64,000 nt of DNA, from assembly GCA_049999805.1 (NCBI GenBank), contig JBNGIO010006255.1, positions 47,400 through 111,399 of the forward strand, in the 5' to 3' direction. This DNA is from Folioceros fuciformis (Eukaryota). This document shows, piece after piece, positions 1 through 12,770 of the stretch. The translations under genes were made by a program, and so were the position numbers. The notes under the pieces are model-generated. The model saw only the letters and a program-made list of their open reading frames with translations. It was not told where the DNA came from and did no database searches. Numbering within the stretch: the stretch's first letter is position 1; every line of letters begins with the position of its first letter.

Positions 1-1703
1 GAGTGGGGCTGGTGGGGGTGAACGGCGCGGGCAAGACGACGCAGCTCAGGATCATCGCGGGGCAGGAGGAGGTGGACGCTGGGGAGGTGATCAAGGCCAG
101 GGAGGACATGCGGATCGCCTTCCTCACGCAGGAGTTCGAGGTGGTGGCAAGCAGGACGGTGAGGGAGGAGTTTCTGCATGCGTTCGAGCAGGAGATGCAG
201 ATTTCAGGGAGGATGGAGAAAGTGCAGCGCAGCCTGGAGGCGGCCACGGAGGACATGGAGCTCATGGGGAGGCTGCTGGACGAGCTGGACCGGCTGCAGA
301 AGATGGCGGAGGCGGCGGATGTGTACGACGTGGATGTTAAGATTAATAAGATGATGCCGGAGCTGGGGTTTTCGGCGGAGGACGGGGATAGGTTGGTGGC
401 GTAGAATAGTGGCGGCTTACTGCCGAGGATGTCGTTGGGGAAGATTTTGCTGCAGGACCCGGATCTGCTACTGCTGGATGAGCCCACGAATCATCTGGAT
501 TTGGAGACGATAGAGTGGCTGGAGGGGTACCTGAAGGGTTTGGATGTGCCCATGGTGATTGTCTCGCATGACAGGGCGTTTTTGGATCAGTTGTGCAACA
601 AGATTGTGGAGACGGATCTCGGGGTGTCTCAGACCTTTGAGGGGAATTACAGCGCCTATGTGGCGGCCAAAGCTGCTTGGGTGGAGACGCAGAGGATGGC
701 ATGGGAGAAGCAGCAGAGGGAGATTTCCAGGACGGAGGATTTGATACAGCGGCTGTCGGGGGGAGCGAACACCGGGCGTGCTGCATCTGCGGAGAAGCAG
801 CTGGAGAAGATGCTGCAGGATGGGCAGGCTGTGGAAAAACCGTTCGAGCGTAAGCAGTTCAAGTTCAGGTTTCCGGATTTGGGGCGGAGCGGGAGAACTG
901 TCGTGCAGATGACCAATATGGCGTTTGAGTATGATGGGAATGTATTGTTTGATAACGCCAATCTTTTGATCGAGAGGGGAGAGAAGCTGGCCATCATCGG
1001 GCCCAATGGGTGCGGGAAGAGCACCTTGTTGAGAATTATCATGGGGTATGAGCAGCCCACGCTTGGGGAGATCACCATGGGGCAACATCGGATTGTTCCC
1101 AATTATTTCGAGCAAAATCAGGCGGAGGCTTTGGACTTGGACAAGACGGTGCTGCAGGTGGTCGAGGAGGCGGCCGAAGACTGGAGCCTCAATGATATCA
1201 AGGGGTTGCTGGGCCGATGTAACTTCAAGGCAGATATGACCCATAGAAAGGTGGCTTTTCTGAGTGGGGGGGAGAAGGCTCGCTTGGCCTTTTGTAAGTT
1301 CATGGTGACACCGTCCACTCTGCTGGTTTTGGATGAGCCTACTAATCATCTTGACATCCCTTCCAAGGAGATGTTGGAGGAAGCTTTGAGGGACTACCCG
1401 GGCACGGTGATCGCTGTATCGCATGACCGATATTTTCTCCGCCAAATCGTGACTCGAGTTATTGAAGTGAAGAACAAGCGGCTGGAGGACTATGCTGGCG
1501 ATTTCAACTACTACTTAGCTCAGAATCTGGAAGCCAGGAGGAAGCAGCTGGAGCGAGAGGCCGAGTTCGAGGCCAACGCCCCGACAGTGAAAGCCAAATC
1601 AAAGATGACTAAAGCTGAAAAGGAGCTTCAGAAGAAACAGAAGGCCCAGTCATTTCAGCAAAAAAACCAGAAGAAAACCTTCAACAACAAGAGATGGAAT
1701 TGA
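1..1703 (+). CDS. ABCF5: ABCF-family (EttA-like) ABC ATPase, ABCF5-like; 5'-truncated by the window; in-frame TAG at 402-404 (disrupted allele or sequence error)
   Basis: Two ABC domains: Walker A GVNGAGKT and GPNGCGKS, Walker B LLLLDEPTNHLD twice, second signature LSGGE, no TM helices. ORFs 3-404 and 429-1703 are in the same frame. Confidence 0.85.
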
Positions 1704-1855
1704 TTATCAGTGCCCAGCCTCCACCCCTGCCTGCGCTACTTCAAATGGGTTGGCACGGCGACTATGTGCACATTCTCATGAATAAAAGCGAACGTTTCTT
1801 CTCCACTCCAGATGAAGATTACATCAAACAAAATCATCGCCCGCACACCACTAGC

Positions 1856-2654
1856 TCAAAACAACTTGGGAAAGCTGATATGCTGAAGACCAAACACCAC
1901 ACTTGTGACTAGTAGCCCAATCAGTCCAAAAAAGTTCCACATGCCCCTCATCCTGTTCTTGGGGTTACCAGTGTAGTATCTGTTCACACCCCACATCGTT
2001 AGGACCAAGGACGTAAGAAAGCCACAGCAAATAAGCACGATGGTGAGGTGCGGAGAAGTACCCAAGAGAGTAGACTACTCGACCAACCACCCAAACCATG
2101 CCGCAGCTGCAGAGAAGTCACAGACCAGCGTGAGCGAGCAAGCCGTACAACAGCTGCAACAACCCAACCTCGTGCCCAGTGCCGGGTACTCACATAGAAG
2201 CAGTGATGGGATACCCGATGCCTGCAACAAGCAGGAGCACTAGGAAGGAAGGGAAGTTCTCTAACGTGTTCTGGTGAGCACGTTGGTAGCAGTTGAAGAC
2301 GGAGCGTTCAGCGTCTTCGTACATCTGAAGGCGGCATTGCAGGCTTCAGTCCCCCTACAACATACCTTAATCACTCACTTTAAGCAGAGACCTTGCTGGA
2401 CATCGCGTACCTTAGGGTACTGCACATTGTACAATTTCCTCTGCCTCCCAACCTGCCCGCATCATCCAGACTCCGTGAGTTAGTCGTTCGTCACATTACC
2501 CCCATGACCCAACCCTTCTGCACCATACAGCCACCATCCCTGCAGCCCACAATTCCAGTCCCACCTGAATAGCCTGCCACTGCGTGAGCAGCGTCCCCGC
2601 CACGATGGTGAGCACCACATATCCGAAGTTCTCCGGCAGCGCGAGAACCGCCAT
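1856..2654 (-). CDS. MGST3: MAPEG family microsomal glutathione S-transferase 3-like, 5 exons
   Basis: Spliced reading: [55 protein letters not shown]..-GRVVYSLG-YYTGNPKNRMRG. Contains the MAPEG motif [13 protein letters not shown]; GT-AG introns. Confidence 0.9.
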
Positions 2655-3216
2655 GGTCTCCTTCCTCTGCACCTTCCTGCCCTCAACTCGGCACCTTGCA
2701 GCTCTCAATGTCGGTCCCAGAAAGACTGAACGAAGCGCGCTTAGCTCTCCCTTCCTTGCCGCCTCAAATGACAGCTTTCCGCCCGCAGCCCGAATGTCTA
2801 TATGCCCGCCCCAAGACTTCCAAGACGAAGACGCAAGCGCGGAGGAAGCGAGGACGAAGGAACCCATGAAGGTGCCTTCATCACAGATTCGTCCGAAGGC
2901 CTAGAAACTCGAACAGTGGTAACTGTAGCTCGGGTTTCCGGATTGCTAACCGGAGATCAATCGCTATTATGATCACGAGTTTGCGTGATCATGGTTGCTG
3001 ACCAACTTTCTTTCGCCACGATAAATAACACCGCTGTGGCGGGTCCCAGCTCCTCTACAAACGAAACCTCCGGTTTCGGCTCTTTCCTCGAACAACTACA
3101 CTCCGGGCTTAGAGCTCTTCGAGCGGTAACAGAGATTGATCTCTCTGCGTGCACGCGAGTTTCGCGATCCCGGAACCTCAATCTCCGTGCGCGTCAAGGA
3201 AGATCTCGCCGGCAAG

Positions 3217-3680
3217 ATGCCACAGGTTCGTTGGCTCGATTGAAGTTTGTGAATTGGAGGTATTGTATTTGTGGAGAGGTTTGCCTGGCTTGGGGACTCA
3301 CAGCAGACGGCTGCCTACCTGCAGACTGTGGTGCTCAAGGTTGGGATGAGCTGCAAGGGATGCGTAGGTGCGGTGGAGCGAGTTCTAAACAAGCTAGAAG
3401 GTGAGGTCCCGTCCATCGTCACGGTGCAGGCAGCAGATTGTAGACCGTTCGGGAGGATGTTGTGGCTGACCTGAGTACTGTTCTCTTGGCTTTATGTACC
3501 GCAGGTGTTGAGAAGTTTGATATTGATCTGGAGCAGCAGAAGGTCACCGTGACAGGCACTGTTACCCCGGCGGCTGTGCTAGAGAAGGTGTCAAAGACGG
3601 GAAAGCCTACTCAGATCTGGCCGAATCAGGAGGTGCCAGAGTCAACAGAGGTGGCTGCAGCCAAACCTGCAGCCACGTAG
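3217..3680 (+). CDS. ATX1: HMA-domain copper chaperone (ATX1/CCH), exons 3217-3225, 3325-3400, 3505-3680
   Basis: [51 protein letters not shown]; MxCxxC metal-binding motif. Confidence 0.92.
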
Positions 3681-4093
3681 AGAGGTACTGAGAAAGGGTG
3701 AAGTCGCCTTAATGCTAGTATTCCGCGGTTCAGATCCATGCTCCAAACATCTACCGAACTGTGTATTGCTGGCAATATCTGCCTTCCATTCGGACGTCCT
3801 TAGATGCAAGTTGGACAACATGGACGCAAGACGTAGACGCTATTCCTTTGGTAGAAGATCTATATACAAGGACTGCGTCCAGCGCTCCGGGGTATGTGAT
3901 AGACGATCGTGGGTTTCTTAACACGTCTTGTTAAGAAGCCTCGTAGTCTTGTGTCTGCCTCGTGGACTACCGAGTCCATTTTCTCCAAGAAGCTGAGGTT
4001 CGGAGCGTTTTCTTTTGCCTGCATCACTAGCCGGAGTCCAGGACCTGCTCCAGCATTACTGTCCGCGGTCTCGAAAGCGATCTTGACATTAAG

Positions 4094-4641
4094 ATGGCCG
4101 CATCGCTCAGGTCAGAATTGTCAAAACATGCGGTCAAGACGCGTGGAATCGTGTGGAGAGCATTCATCGGCAGACCAGGCCAAGTCTGTGGCCAAGTGTC
4201 ACGAGCATCAACGGCTGCCCAACTTGAGCCACCACAGGTAAGGACCACAGTCTGAGTTCAGAGCCTGCAAACTCCATGACATTTCCAAATATCCGCAAAC
4301 AGTGGATAGCCGGTCAATAACACTGTTCCTCCGACTGTCCGCTTTGCAGATGATGGAAAAGGAACAACACCAAGCAGCGCGCGAGGTAATCACTCCCCTT
4401 CCCTACTTCTATCTCCGTGTATGGAACGTAAGTATCTTCGCCCTTCCTCACGAGGATTGTGGAAACGCTTGCGCAGAGGCTTGGTCTTCAAGCCGGGGCC
4501 GCTAGGGTGGACACCCCGGTCTCAGTTCTTGCCCAAACTGCCGACATCACCAAAACAATCGCGGTTTGGGCAGGGGTCATATCGATTGCAGGTGGCACGT
4601 ACCTTCTAGCTCCATCCAAGAAGCCTGCACAAGACGATTGA
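4094..4641 (+). CDS. Small unknown protein (~114 aa) with a presequence-like N-terminus and a C-terminal TM helix; exons 4094-4237, 4350-4385, 4477-4641
   Basis: Three phase-0 exons join in frame through canonical splice sites (CAG|gtaagg..ttgcag; GAG|gtaatc..gcgcag). Arg/Ser/Ala-rich N-terminus; hydrophobic TIAVWAGVISIAGGTYLLA. Confidence 0.55.
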
Positions 4642-5054
4642 GGATAGGCCGCAGGCTGTACACATCGAGCGCCTCGAGCAAAGCCTACATCCACCTACGG
4701 CGATAGAGGAGACAGACCGCACTCGTCCATAGTAAGCTCGTGTCATTCGTGCAGTCAGACTAGAAGCTCCCGACCGTTGCCCTAATAAATTCATGCTCGA
4801 GCTCCCTGCTTTTCCGCACACCCAATTCGCTGTCAGAGTTTCGTCCGGCCTACTGTCTCCCACGTCAGGGCTCGTCACGGCAGCGTCGGCACCGACAACT
4901 CCAGGCCGCTTTAGTAGGATACCGGCCGGGCGTTCCCGTTTGAAATTTGAGGAATCGGTCTCGCTACGTTTGATAATTGAAGACTACTGGAAGCCACCCT
5001 GCTATCCGGATCTGAATGCTGCAAGCCTGCAGGAGCATGAGCTAATTTTTGAAA

Positions 5055-6524
5055 ATGCTCGGGCTGGTCAGGCAGGCTGTGCGGCAGCAGCGCCGGAGCG
5101 TTGCGAGTCGGGTTTCCAGGACTCCGTTGGTCACTGTGTCTGCACGTTCTTCACCGACGGCGGCAGCTGTGGAATCGGTGGAGGCAGCGGCTCCTGTTCA
5201 AGAGGTCAGTCGTCCACTAGGATGGGGGGGTTTCCTGTTATCTGACCCTGGACGTTGCGCGCAGCCGACTTTGCGTCCTACGTCCATGTCCCTACTGTGT
5301 GATGTTTGCAGCCGGAACTGGACAAGTCAATTCCTCTGGGAAAGCCACGGCCGCTCAGCATCGATCCTACGTCTAAACTTGGAGTTGCAGAGCCCGAGCC
5401 GCAAGGATGGAAAGCAGCAGCACTGAAGTTGTTAGGGTTCTACAGTCGTCAAAGTCGTCTTATCCGGGGATCCCGAACTCTTTACTCTCGTGTCACTAGC
5501 CAGGTTGAGAGGCCTGAGCTGTATTCGAGTGAGTATGTAGGACGGGGGTTGGAATCTTGGAGGCGATTGTCAGGAAGGTTTTGCTAATTCTGATGACCTT
5601 TCCAGCCTTTTCTTTGGAGCAGAATTTCAGAACCACGCATGCTATGCTCGTGCTGCACTTGTGGCTGCTCCTGGCGCGCCTGAGAGTCGAAGGGAAGGAT
5701 GGATCTACTGTAGGTCAAACCATCTACGAAATATTCAATCACGATTTGGAGCAGCGCATTGTGGCGCATGGGGTACGAGATTGTTTCCTCCCCTGGCTTA
5801 CTTTGCTGTTGGTGAGAGGGTTTTGGGGGTGGTAAGAAGGTGTGCATCAGTACAGTGTATCTGGATGTAGGTGAAAGTCTTGATCTCCAAGTGGATGAAA
5901 GAACTTGAGAAGAACTTCTACGGAGCTGTCACAGCGTATGATGCAGCCATGAGACCAGAAGCCTCTCACGATGAGCTTGCTCGTGCAATCTGGAGGTGAG
6001 GCTGTAGTTCTCTCATCAGCACGTCTTAGGGCTTGTTCCTGTATTGGTACAGGACAGGTAATAGTCTTGTCCCGGCTAGTTCAACATTTTCGCATGTACC
6101 TCACTCTTAGGAACTCACGTGCTTTGCAGGAACGTGTTTGCTAAGGATGATGAACTTATGCCATCGGGTGAATTGTTAGCGCCTGTACAAGTGAGTAACT
6201 CTAACCTGAATTGGGTATGAAGTGACAGTGATGGTAAACCCTCACATGTGAGCGGCAGCCGAGGAAATGGTCACAGTCTGACCTAGCAGCAAGGAAGACT
6301 GATTGGAGTGGGCTGATGTATGTCGTGTTGTTCTCGTGGTCAGGCATTAGCAAGATATGTGCGAAGGGAAGCTGCTTGCCTTTCACTAACAGGTTCGTCA
6401 AGAAGATACCTGCGGTGTCGTTCTCTTCTGTTGATCACTCCACCGACCATTCTGAGGATGAATGCGTGATTGTGCAGATTCTGCTTCCTTGCTGTCGGGT
6501 AATATCCTTTTCTCTCAGGAGTGA
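5055..6524 (+). CDS. CBP3: Ubiquinol-cytochrome c reductase chaperone CBP3/UQCC1, multi-exon
   Basis: Mitochondrial presequence; FRTTHAMLVLHLWLLLARLR, KWMKELEKNFYGAVTAYD, LARAIWRNVF, ALARYVRRE. Confidence 0.88.
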
Positions 6525-8238
6525 GCATCAGCAGTCTCACATTGTTGTACATGCCACCTTTCTCTTGAGCCAGTTGGGCATCATTGAGTCCTGTGGATCA
6601 GCTGTTGGAGAAGGGCGCCCACGGATTCGATTCCCCGGTTTTCTGGTTCTTTGTAAGTTGTGCCTGCCCCGTTTAGAGTCCAATCGTGGTTGTTTCTCGC
6701 CTTTTGGCGGCGTCCCGGCCAGCATGATGCAGACAAGTTTCTCCAGTTAAGGTTAGGCTCTGGCTATTACCTGGGGTTTTGTTATTTCCCTAGTGGTAGT
6801 ACATAGCCTCCGCCATCGTCGATAAAAGACGTTGATTGTGTGCTGCCAACAATTGTTAAATAATAGAATACAGGATCTGTCTCGTGTCTTTGGAACCTAA
6901 AACCTGAATATTTCTTTTGGATGCTGGATAGATTTTTAGAGAAAACATCTGTGTACATCTTTCCTTGGAAAGGACTTTAACTCACCAGATCTTTCTATCC
7001 AGATGCGAGTCCCACCGGGTTCTTTCTTGGAGATTCCGTTATCATTTTATCTTCCTCTTGAGTTTAGCTGCTAGATGAAGTGTCCTTCTGGCCCCTTTGA
7101 AGGAGTTTGTAATGTTTCTCCAGTCCTCCGTCAAGTCGTTGAAGGTGTTATGAGGAGTGTGTAATGTTAGTGTTTCTAAGTTCTCCATCAAGCCAGAGTT
7201 GTCAAGGAGTCCTCTGTAGTACTTCTCAAGTCCTCCATTAAGTTGTCAAATCCTTTGTTACAGGAGGTTCTAGGGTATTGAACTAGTGTGGATTAATTCT
7301 CTAGTCCTCCTTACATTCTCTCAAATATGATCCTGGGCATCTTAGTTTCATCAAGGTTGTTATACTTCCAAGCCCTCTCGTGTTGAGGCAGTGGAACTCC
7401 ATGATCAATGAAACACCGTTGTCTAAGATTGCTAGTTTCATCATATTTCCCATTGCAGTAGTGCAATGTCAGGCGGCACCAATCCAATGTAGAAGGACAG
7501 GTAGGTGAGGTAGTTGACGTAGGTGACGAGGCTGCAATATTTTTTTGATTGTGACGGTCAGTTAGATAGGAATAACTTTTTCACCCTACCAGCGAATCAG
7601 TAAGTGGAGACCATTGAAAAAGGATTAAAATTATAATATTTTACAAATTATATCTCATGGCAGTTTGTACCTGCATGGCACAAGTTGTGGAGTAGCGCCA
7701 AGTGCCGCCCACCAAGTGGGGGGCAGGAGACATCCGTCTTGGGCCCTCCTGGCTGAGAGTACAGAGCCTTGGAGGTGATAAGCAGGTACTGTACATAAAC
7801 ATAAGTTGGAGGAAATAGTTGTTGAACAATGGCGAGAAAATTAAGAAGATAATTGACATGGATGTGTGGAGTCCCCAACAAGCACAGACAGCCTACGGCC
7901 GACGGCCCCAAGCCCGGTCCTGAGGTCTGGAACATCGCATTTCCCGACGCAGGCGGCGCATGCAAAGAAGTGAGAGAAGGCAGGTGAACGACGGGTTATA
8001 AGCACCAGGGAGGCGAGAGAGAGACCCGGCGGACACTGCGAGCCTCTGCTTCTCGGACTCTTGCTTCTGCCAGGAACTTCTCCCTCGGCCCCTGCCTCTT
8101 CCTCCTCCTCCCCCTGGGCTGGTGCCGGCCTCTGCGCGAACACTCCGCCTTGTCAAGGGCTTTTCGAAAGGAGGAGCTGGCCGCAGACTGCCTGCTTGCC
8201 CGTCTGCCTTGTACCTTGAGCTGAATTGTGTGGGAGTC

Positions 8239-10324
8239 ATGGTGGGAGCTGTGCTTGCCAAGGCAGCTGCAGGAAGCAGCTTGGCTGTGTCCAGGGCGGC
8301 TGTGCTGCCCAGCAGTAGCAGCAGTAGCAGTAGCAGGTCCTCGGCGTTTCATGGGACTGCGCTGCCGTCGTCCCCTGCCTTCTCCCGGGCGCGGGAGTGG
8401 GGGCCCGTGAGGGTGTCGGCCACGGTGGCGGCCCCCACGGTGCTCAAGGGCGAGGCTGCCTCCAAGGTGAAGTCTGTGAAGGCGAGGCAGATTATTGACA
8501 GCCGAGGGAACCCCACGGTGGAGGTGGATTTGGTGACCCAGGACGGCGTTTACCGCTCGGCTGTGCCCAGCGGGGCGTCTACGGGGATTTACGAGGCGCT
8601 GGAGCTCCGGGATGGGGATCAGGCCAAATTTGGGGGCAAGGGCGTTCTCAAGGCAGTGGAGAACATTAACGAGATTCTGGCTCCCAAGCTCGTGGGGCTT
8701 GATACCAGGTGAAGTGCAGGGGGTGTGTACCCGAGTGGAGGTTTGCATGTGTGGAAGGAAGCGGCTGACTTGGGGTTGGTTCGGTTGCGACGCGTGCAGG
8801 AAGCAGAAGGACATTGACAGTATCATGCTGGAACTTGATGGAACTCCTAACAAGGCGAAGCTTGGGGCCAATGCCATCCTCGGGGTGTCGTTGAGTGTTG
8901 CTAGGGCGGGGGCCGCCACGCAGGGTATTCCTCTCTATAGGCACATTCAGGCGTTGGCTGGGACAAAAGAGCTTGTGATGCCTGTTCCGGCACTGAATGT
9001 TATTAATGGAGGGAGTCATGCCGGCAACAAGCTTGCTATGCAGGAGTTCATGATCTTGCCTGTGGGTGCCTCCTCTTTTGCTGAGGCTATGCAGATGGGT
9101 TGTGAAGGTGGGTGTCACAGGTCCTTGTTCAGTCTTGTTTTGTGCGTGTGCTCCTTCTTGTTTGACGGAGATTCATGGGTGTGATGTTTTCCGTGCTGTA
9201 GTGTTTCAGGTTCTGAAAGGGATCATCAAGAAGAAGTACGGCCAGGATGCTTGCAATGTTGGTGACGAGGGTGGCTTCGCCCCTAACATCCAGGACAACC
9301 GAGAGGGTCTTGTTCTTCTTGTGGATGCAATCGAAAAGGCTGGTTACACAGGCAAGGTGAGAACGGGCCGTGGATGGTATAGTCGGATAGTCGGACAGTC
9401 GGAGTCTCCTCTTCCGTGACCTGATCCGGTGCCCTGTACGCTCTGCAGGTCAAGCTGGGAATGGATGTTGCTGCATCTGAGTTTTTGACCAAAGGTGGTC
9501 TATATGATCTTGACTTCAAGGAGCAGCCGAACAGCGGCAAAAATGTCTACTCGGGGGAGGCTCTTGGGGATCTTTATAAAGCCTTTGTGAAGGAATTTCC
9601 TATCGTCTCCGTTGAGGATCCATTTGATCAAGATGATTGGAGCTCTTGGACAGCCCTGCAAGCTGGACTCGAGGTTCAGATTGTGGGAGATGATTTGCTT
9701 GTCACAAACCCAAAGAAGATCTCAGAGGCCATTACCAAGAAGGCCTGCAACGCCCTCTTACTGAAGGTGACGTACAATCATCCATGGCACCTCCCAATGT
9801 CTTGCTCGTTCTAATCAACTAGTCATTTTTCTCACACCCGTGTGATGTGTGGTTTGCAGGTCAACCAGATTGGTTCCGTGACAGAATCCATTCAAGCTGC
9901 CCTCGACTCGAAGGCCGCTGGCTGGGGAGTCATGGTTAGCCACAGGAGTGGAGAGACCGAAGATACCTTCATTGCTGACTTGTCAGTCGGACTGGCCAGT
10001 GGGCAGGTGTGTTGATTTTGTTGTACAGGATTTGTGAAAATTTCTCTCTTAACGCTCATTTTGATGGGATACCTGATCTAATCGCATTCCATGATGCCCT
10101 TGCCCCCTTTTCAGATCAAAACTGGTGCACCTTGCCGAAGCGAACGTCTAGCGAAGTATAACCAAGTAAGTCAGAATTTCTGAAATCGTTGTTATCTGCG
10201 CTTTTGGGAAGATGCTGTGTTTGTGTGGTGTGGTAATGCAGTCAACTTCTGCTTCCAGCTTCTCCGCATAGAGCAGGAACTGGGAAATGTACGCTATGCG
10301 GGGGAGAACTTCAGGCGCCCTTGA
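8239..10324 (+). CDS. ENO1: Enolase, plastid-type (transit peptide), multi-exon
   Basis: [57 protein letters not shown]; Ser/Ala-rich transit peptide. Confidence 0.96.
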
Positions 10325-10769
10325 CCCTGCGTGCGGCATCGGCTTCCTCAATAATCAGTGCAAACCGAACTCGAAATAAGCTCTGTGACAATTTTGTAGA
10401 CTCTTCAACCCAGTATGACTGCGGTCAGGAGTCGCTTTAGGCTACATGAGCCCCACACTCAAGTCTGTGTGATCGAGGCAGAGGCTAACAATTTGATTGG
10501 TGTGCACTACGTTGCCACTCTCCCGGCTTTTGTTCTCCGCTACTCCGAGATTAAATGGAACAAACTCCCTGCGAAAGTACTCCCTGAAACCTTGTGGCCT
10601 GTGACGCAGTTGATTCTGCACAGTGGAATCACAGCCCTGGAAGATAACATAAAGCACAAGCCTGTCGTTTACAGCTTGCACAAAGGGGTTTAGGTTCTCT
10701 GCCGGTGAGATGCTTCTCCCAAAGTATTCCAACACAGGGCAGGAAGAGACTTCCGACTAGAAACTCCCG

Positions 10770-11452
10770 TCACTGCACTTTTCGCTTGCTCCTGAAGAGA
10801 CCGGGCGAAAGTAGTCGAGCAACAATGAGGACGGGGATAATCAAGAAAGGCACATACGCGGCCAACAGCTTCGCCTTCGTATCCACTCGTGCAGCTATGA
10901 TCTCCGCCAATATGGGAATCTAGCAATCCAGCACAGAGTAAGCAGATGAAATCTGATACGTCTGATCAGCGCCACGAGCAAGAAGAACTCACCATCGTAG
11001 TAGCCGTATGCACCCCGTAGATAAGACCCGTAGTCCGGCCCCAATCTCTACCTACTCAACGCACAACCAGCACTGAGGCGCACCTTTCACGACACAAGCG
11101 AGAGACAAGCGCTAGAGCAGACGACGTGCAAGAAGAGCGAGAACGAAGAATTGGAAGCCATACCGAAGATAAACGCGTACGCAGTGACAACGGAGAGAGG
11201 CGCCTGGATGAAGATCTCAGCCAGCAACAGGGCCCGGAAATAAGGAGGCTTGTCCCGCAACAGGAAATCCCCGGTCGTGCGTATATGCCAGGCGACCAGA
11301 TCAGTGAGCTCCTTGAAATAGAGCTCCGGAGGAAACAGGGTCCCCTGCGTCTCGATGGCCAAGATCAAGACGACATTGCACACCAAGAAGAGAGCAATCG
11401 CGATATCAACCGGCCGCTTCCATATGGACAAAGGAGGCCCAACTCCTGCCAT
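10770..11452 (-). CDS. TMEM97: EXPERA-domain membrane protein (TMEM97/sigma-2 receptor-like), 3 exons
   Basis: GDFLLRDKPPYF..EIFIQAPL, LIYGVHTATTM, AYVPFLIIP; basic C-terminus KRKVQ; four hydrophobic segments. Confidence 0.8.
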
Positions 11453-11703
11453 CTCCCGTCCCGCCTCCGCCCTTTAGCCTTTCCACCAGGCACTGTCTTC
11501 CCACAATAATCAAACCAACTGAGCAATCTCGATTCTCACAGCACCCGCCGGGTTAGGCGGCAAGTCGAACTTGAACTACAAGGAGAAGGTAGAAAAGTAG
11601 TGTCTACAGTAAATGCCCTCGCGGGCACAGTTTTCATGAAACGGATGAATCCAGATTATGGCTTAGAAAGCCCGATAAGAAGAATTCCAACTAGCTGCCT
11701 ACT

Positions 11704-12108
11704 CTACTTCTTCTGCATCTTTTCCTCCCGCTTCTTGGCCTTGGCGATGAGAGCAGGATACTCGTGCGGCTCCGGGGGCCAGGCTGGAGGGTAAGTTCCA
11801 GGAACGCACGCCACGATCTCCCTCGCCCGCTCCTCCCGCGCCATGCGCTCCTCCGGGGACATGGCGGGCTTGGAGCTGGTAGTTTGGACTCGGTCATGGA
11901 CGCCGCGGACGGAGTTCTCGAGGACCTCCTTGGCTCTCTTCGCACGCTCCTCCTGCGCCTTGTGCTGCCGGGCCTTCGCGAGGGCGATGAGCTCGGGGTA
12001 TTCCTCCGGCGCGGGGGGCCAGGCTGGGGGCATGGTGCCCGGAACGCAGGCCACGATCTGCCTCGCCCGCTCCTCCCGAGCCATACTCTCCTCCGGCGAC
12101 ATCATCAT
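11704..12108 (-). CDS. Hypothetical 134-aa protein built from two copies of a ~45-aa module
   Basis: Intact GC-rich ORF; internal duplication with 240-nt offset (MSPEExMAREERARxIVACVPGTxPPAWPPxPxEYPxLIAxAK). Confidence 0.5.
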   Translation of the reverse strand: MMMSPEESMAREERARQIVACVPGTMPPAWPPAPEEYPELIALAKARQHKAQEERAKRAKEVLENSVRGVHDRVQTTSSKPAMSPEERMAREERAREIVACVPGTYPPAWPPEPHEYPALIAKAKKREEKMQKK

Positions 12109-12539
12109 CCTTGCGTTTTCGCAACACAAACGGCAGGAGAACAAGCGGCAAACGTGGCAGAGAACAGGATGAGGAAGAAGCACATCACGCCACAACCACA
12201 GTGGAAAAGTAACAAGAAGAATATCTTCTTACGGGTCATAGATTTTAGACCGTCTCTATCCTGCTCCGTTCCTGCACAGCATGTAGGATGTAAGAGAGAG
12301 GTACAGAGCCGCAACACCACCACTTCAGCCCTAGCTGTAAGCTGCATGCCTGTCATACCTGTCACCGTTTGCAAGCAAGGCACACAGCGATGCATGTCAG
12401 CAACAATTTGGCGCTGTGAACGGCTTGGTCCGGACGATTGCGAGATTTTTCTCTTGCATTTAATAGAGAGGCGACCAAACAATCTTCGCAAACGGTGTGT
12501 GTATGAACCTCTGCCGCGCCATCATGGACACAGCACTCT

Positions 12540-12770
12540 GCGAGAACCATGACAAGAACAATACCCAAAGATCAAGCCATTCTTTGCCACCACATCCTTC
12601 GTGGCCAAGCTGTTGCAAACCGGGCGGGAAGCTTCCTGTCTGCCACATTTTTCACCGTCTCCACCAAGGAGTTGCTCACGTTTACGTTATCTGGCAGCCC
12701 CCTTTCAACAATCTGTCCGCCCTGCATGCTGCTTCTACATCCCCTACGTTTGCGACTCTCTTAATACAAC
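12540..12770 (-). pseudogene. Decayed PLS-class PPR gene fragment
   Basis: Frameshifted reading GQIVERGLPDNVNVSNSLVET/KCGRQEASRPVCNSLATKDVVAKNGLIFGY matches the L-S-P motif pattern of the intact PPR at 29146. Confidence 0.7.

Noticed and set aside
401-427. 27-nt GT..AG micro-intron that would remove the ABCF stop codon
   Set aside because: Too short for a plant spliceosomal intron, and removal would delete the ABC signature. The nine codons align one-to-one with the conserved motif.
468-1445. Long antisense ORFs (also 7996-8919, 16284-17132, 25331-26536, 29140-29904)
   Set aside because: Shadow ORFs opposite GC-rich real genes. Only the 3' part of 25331-26536 is meaningful, as the mL87-like pseudogene.
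6800-7900. AT-rich tract with short degenerate repeats (ctccatcaag/gttgtcaa)
   Set aside because: No recognisable ORF, termini or motif. It may be a TE remnant, but I cannot support that.
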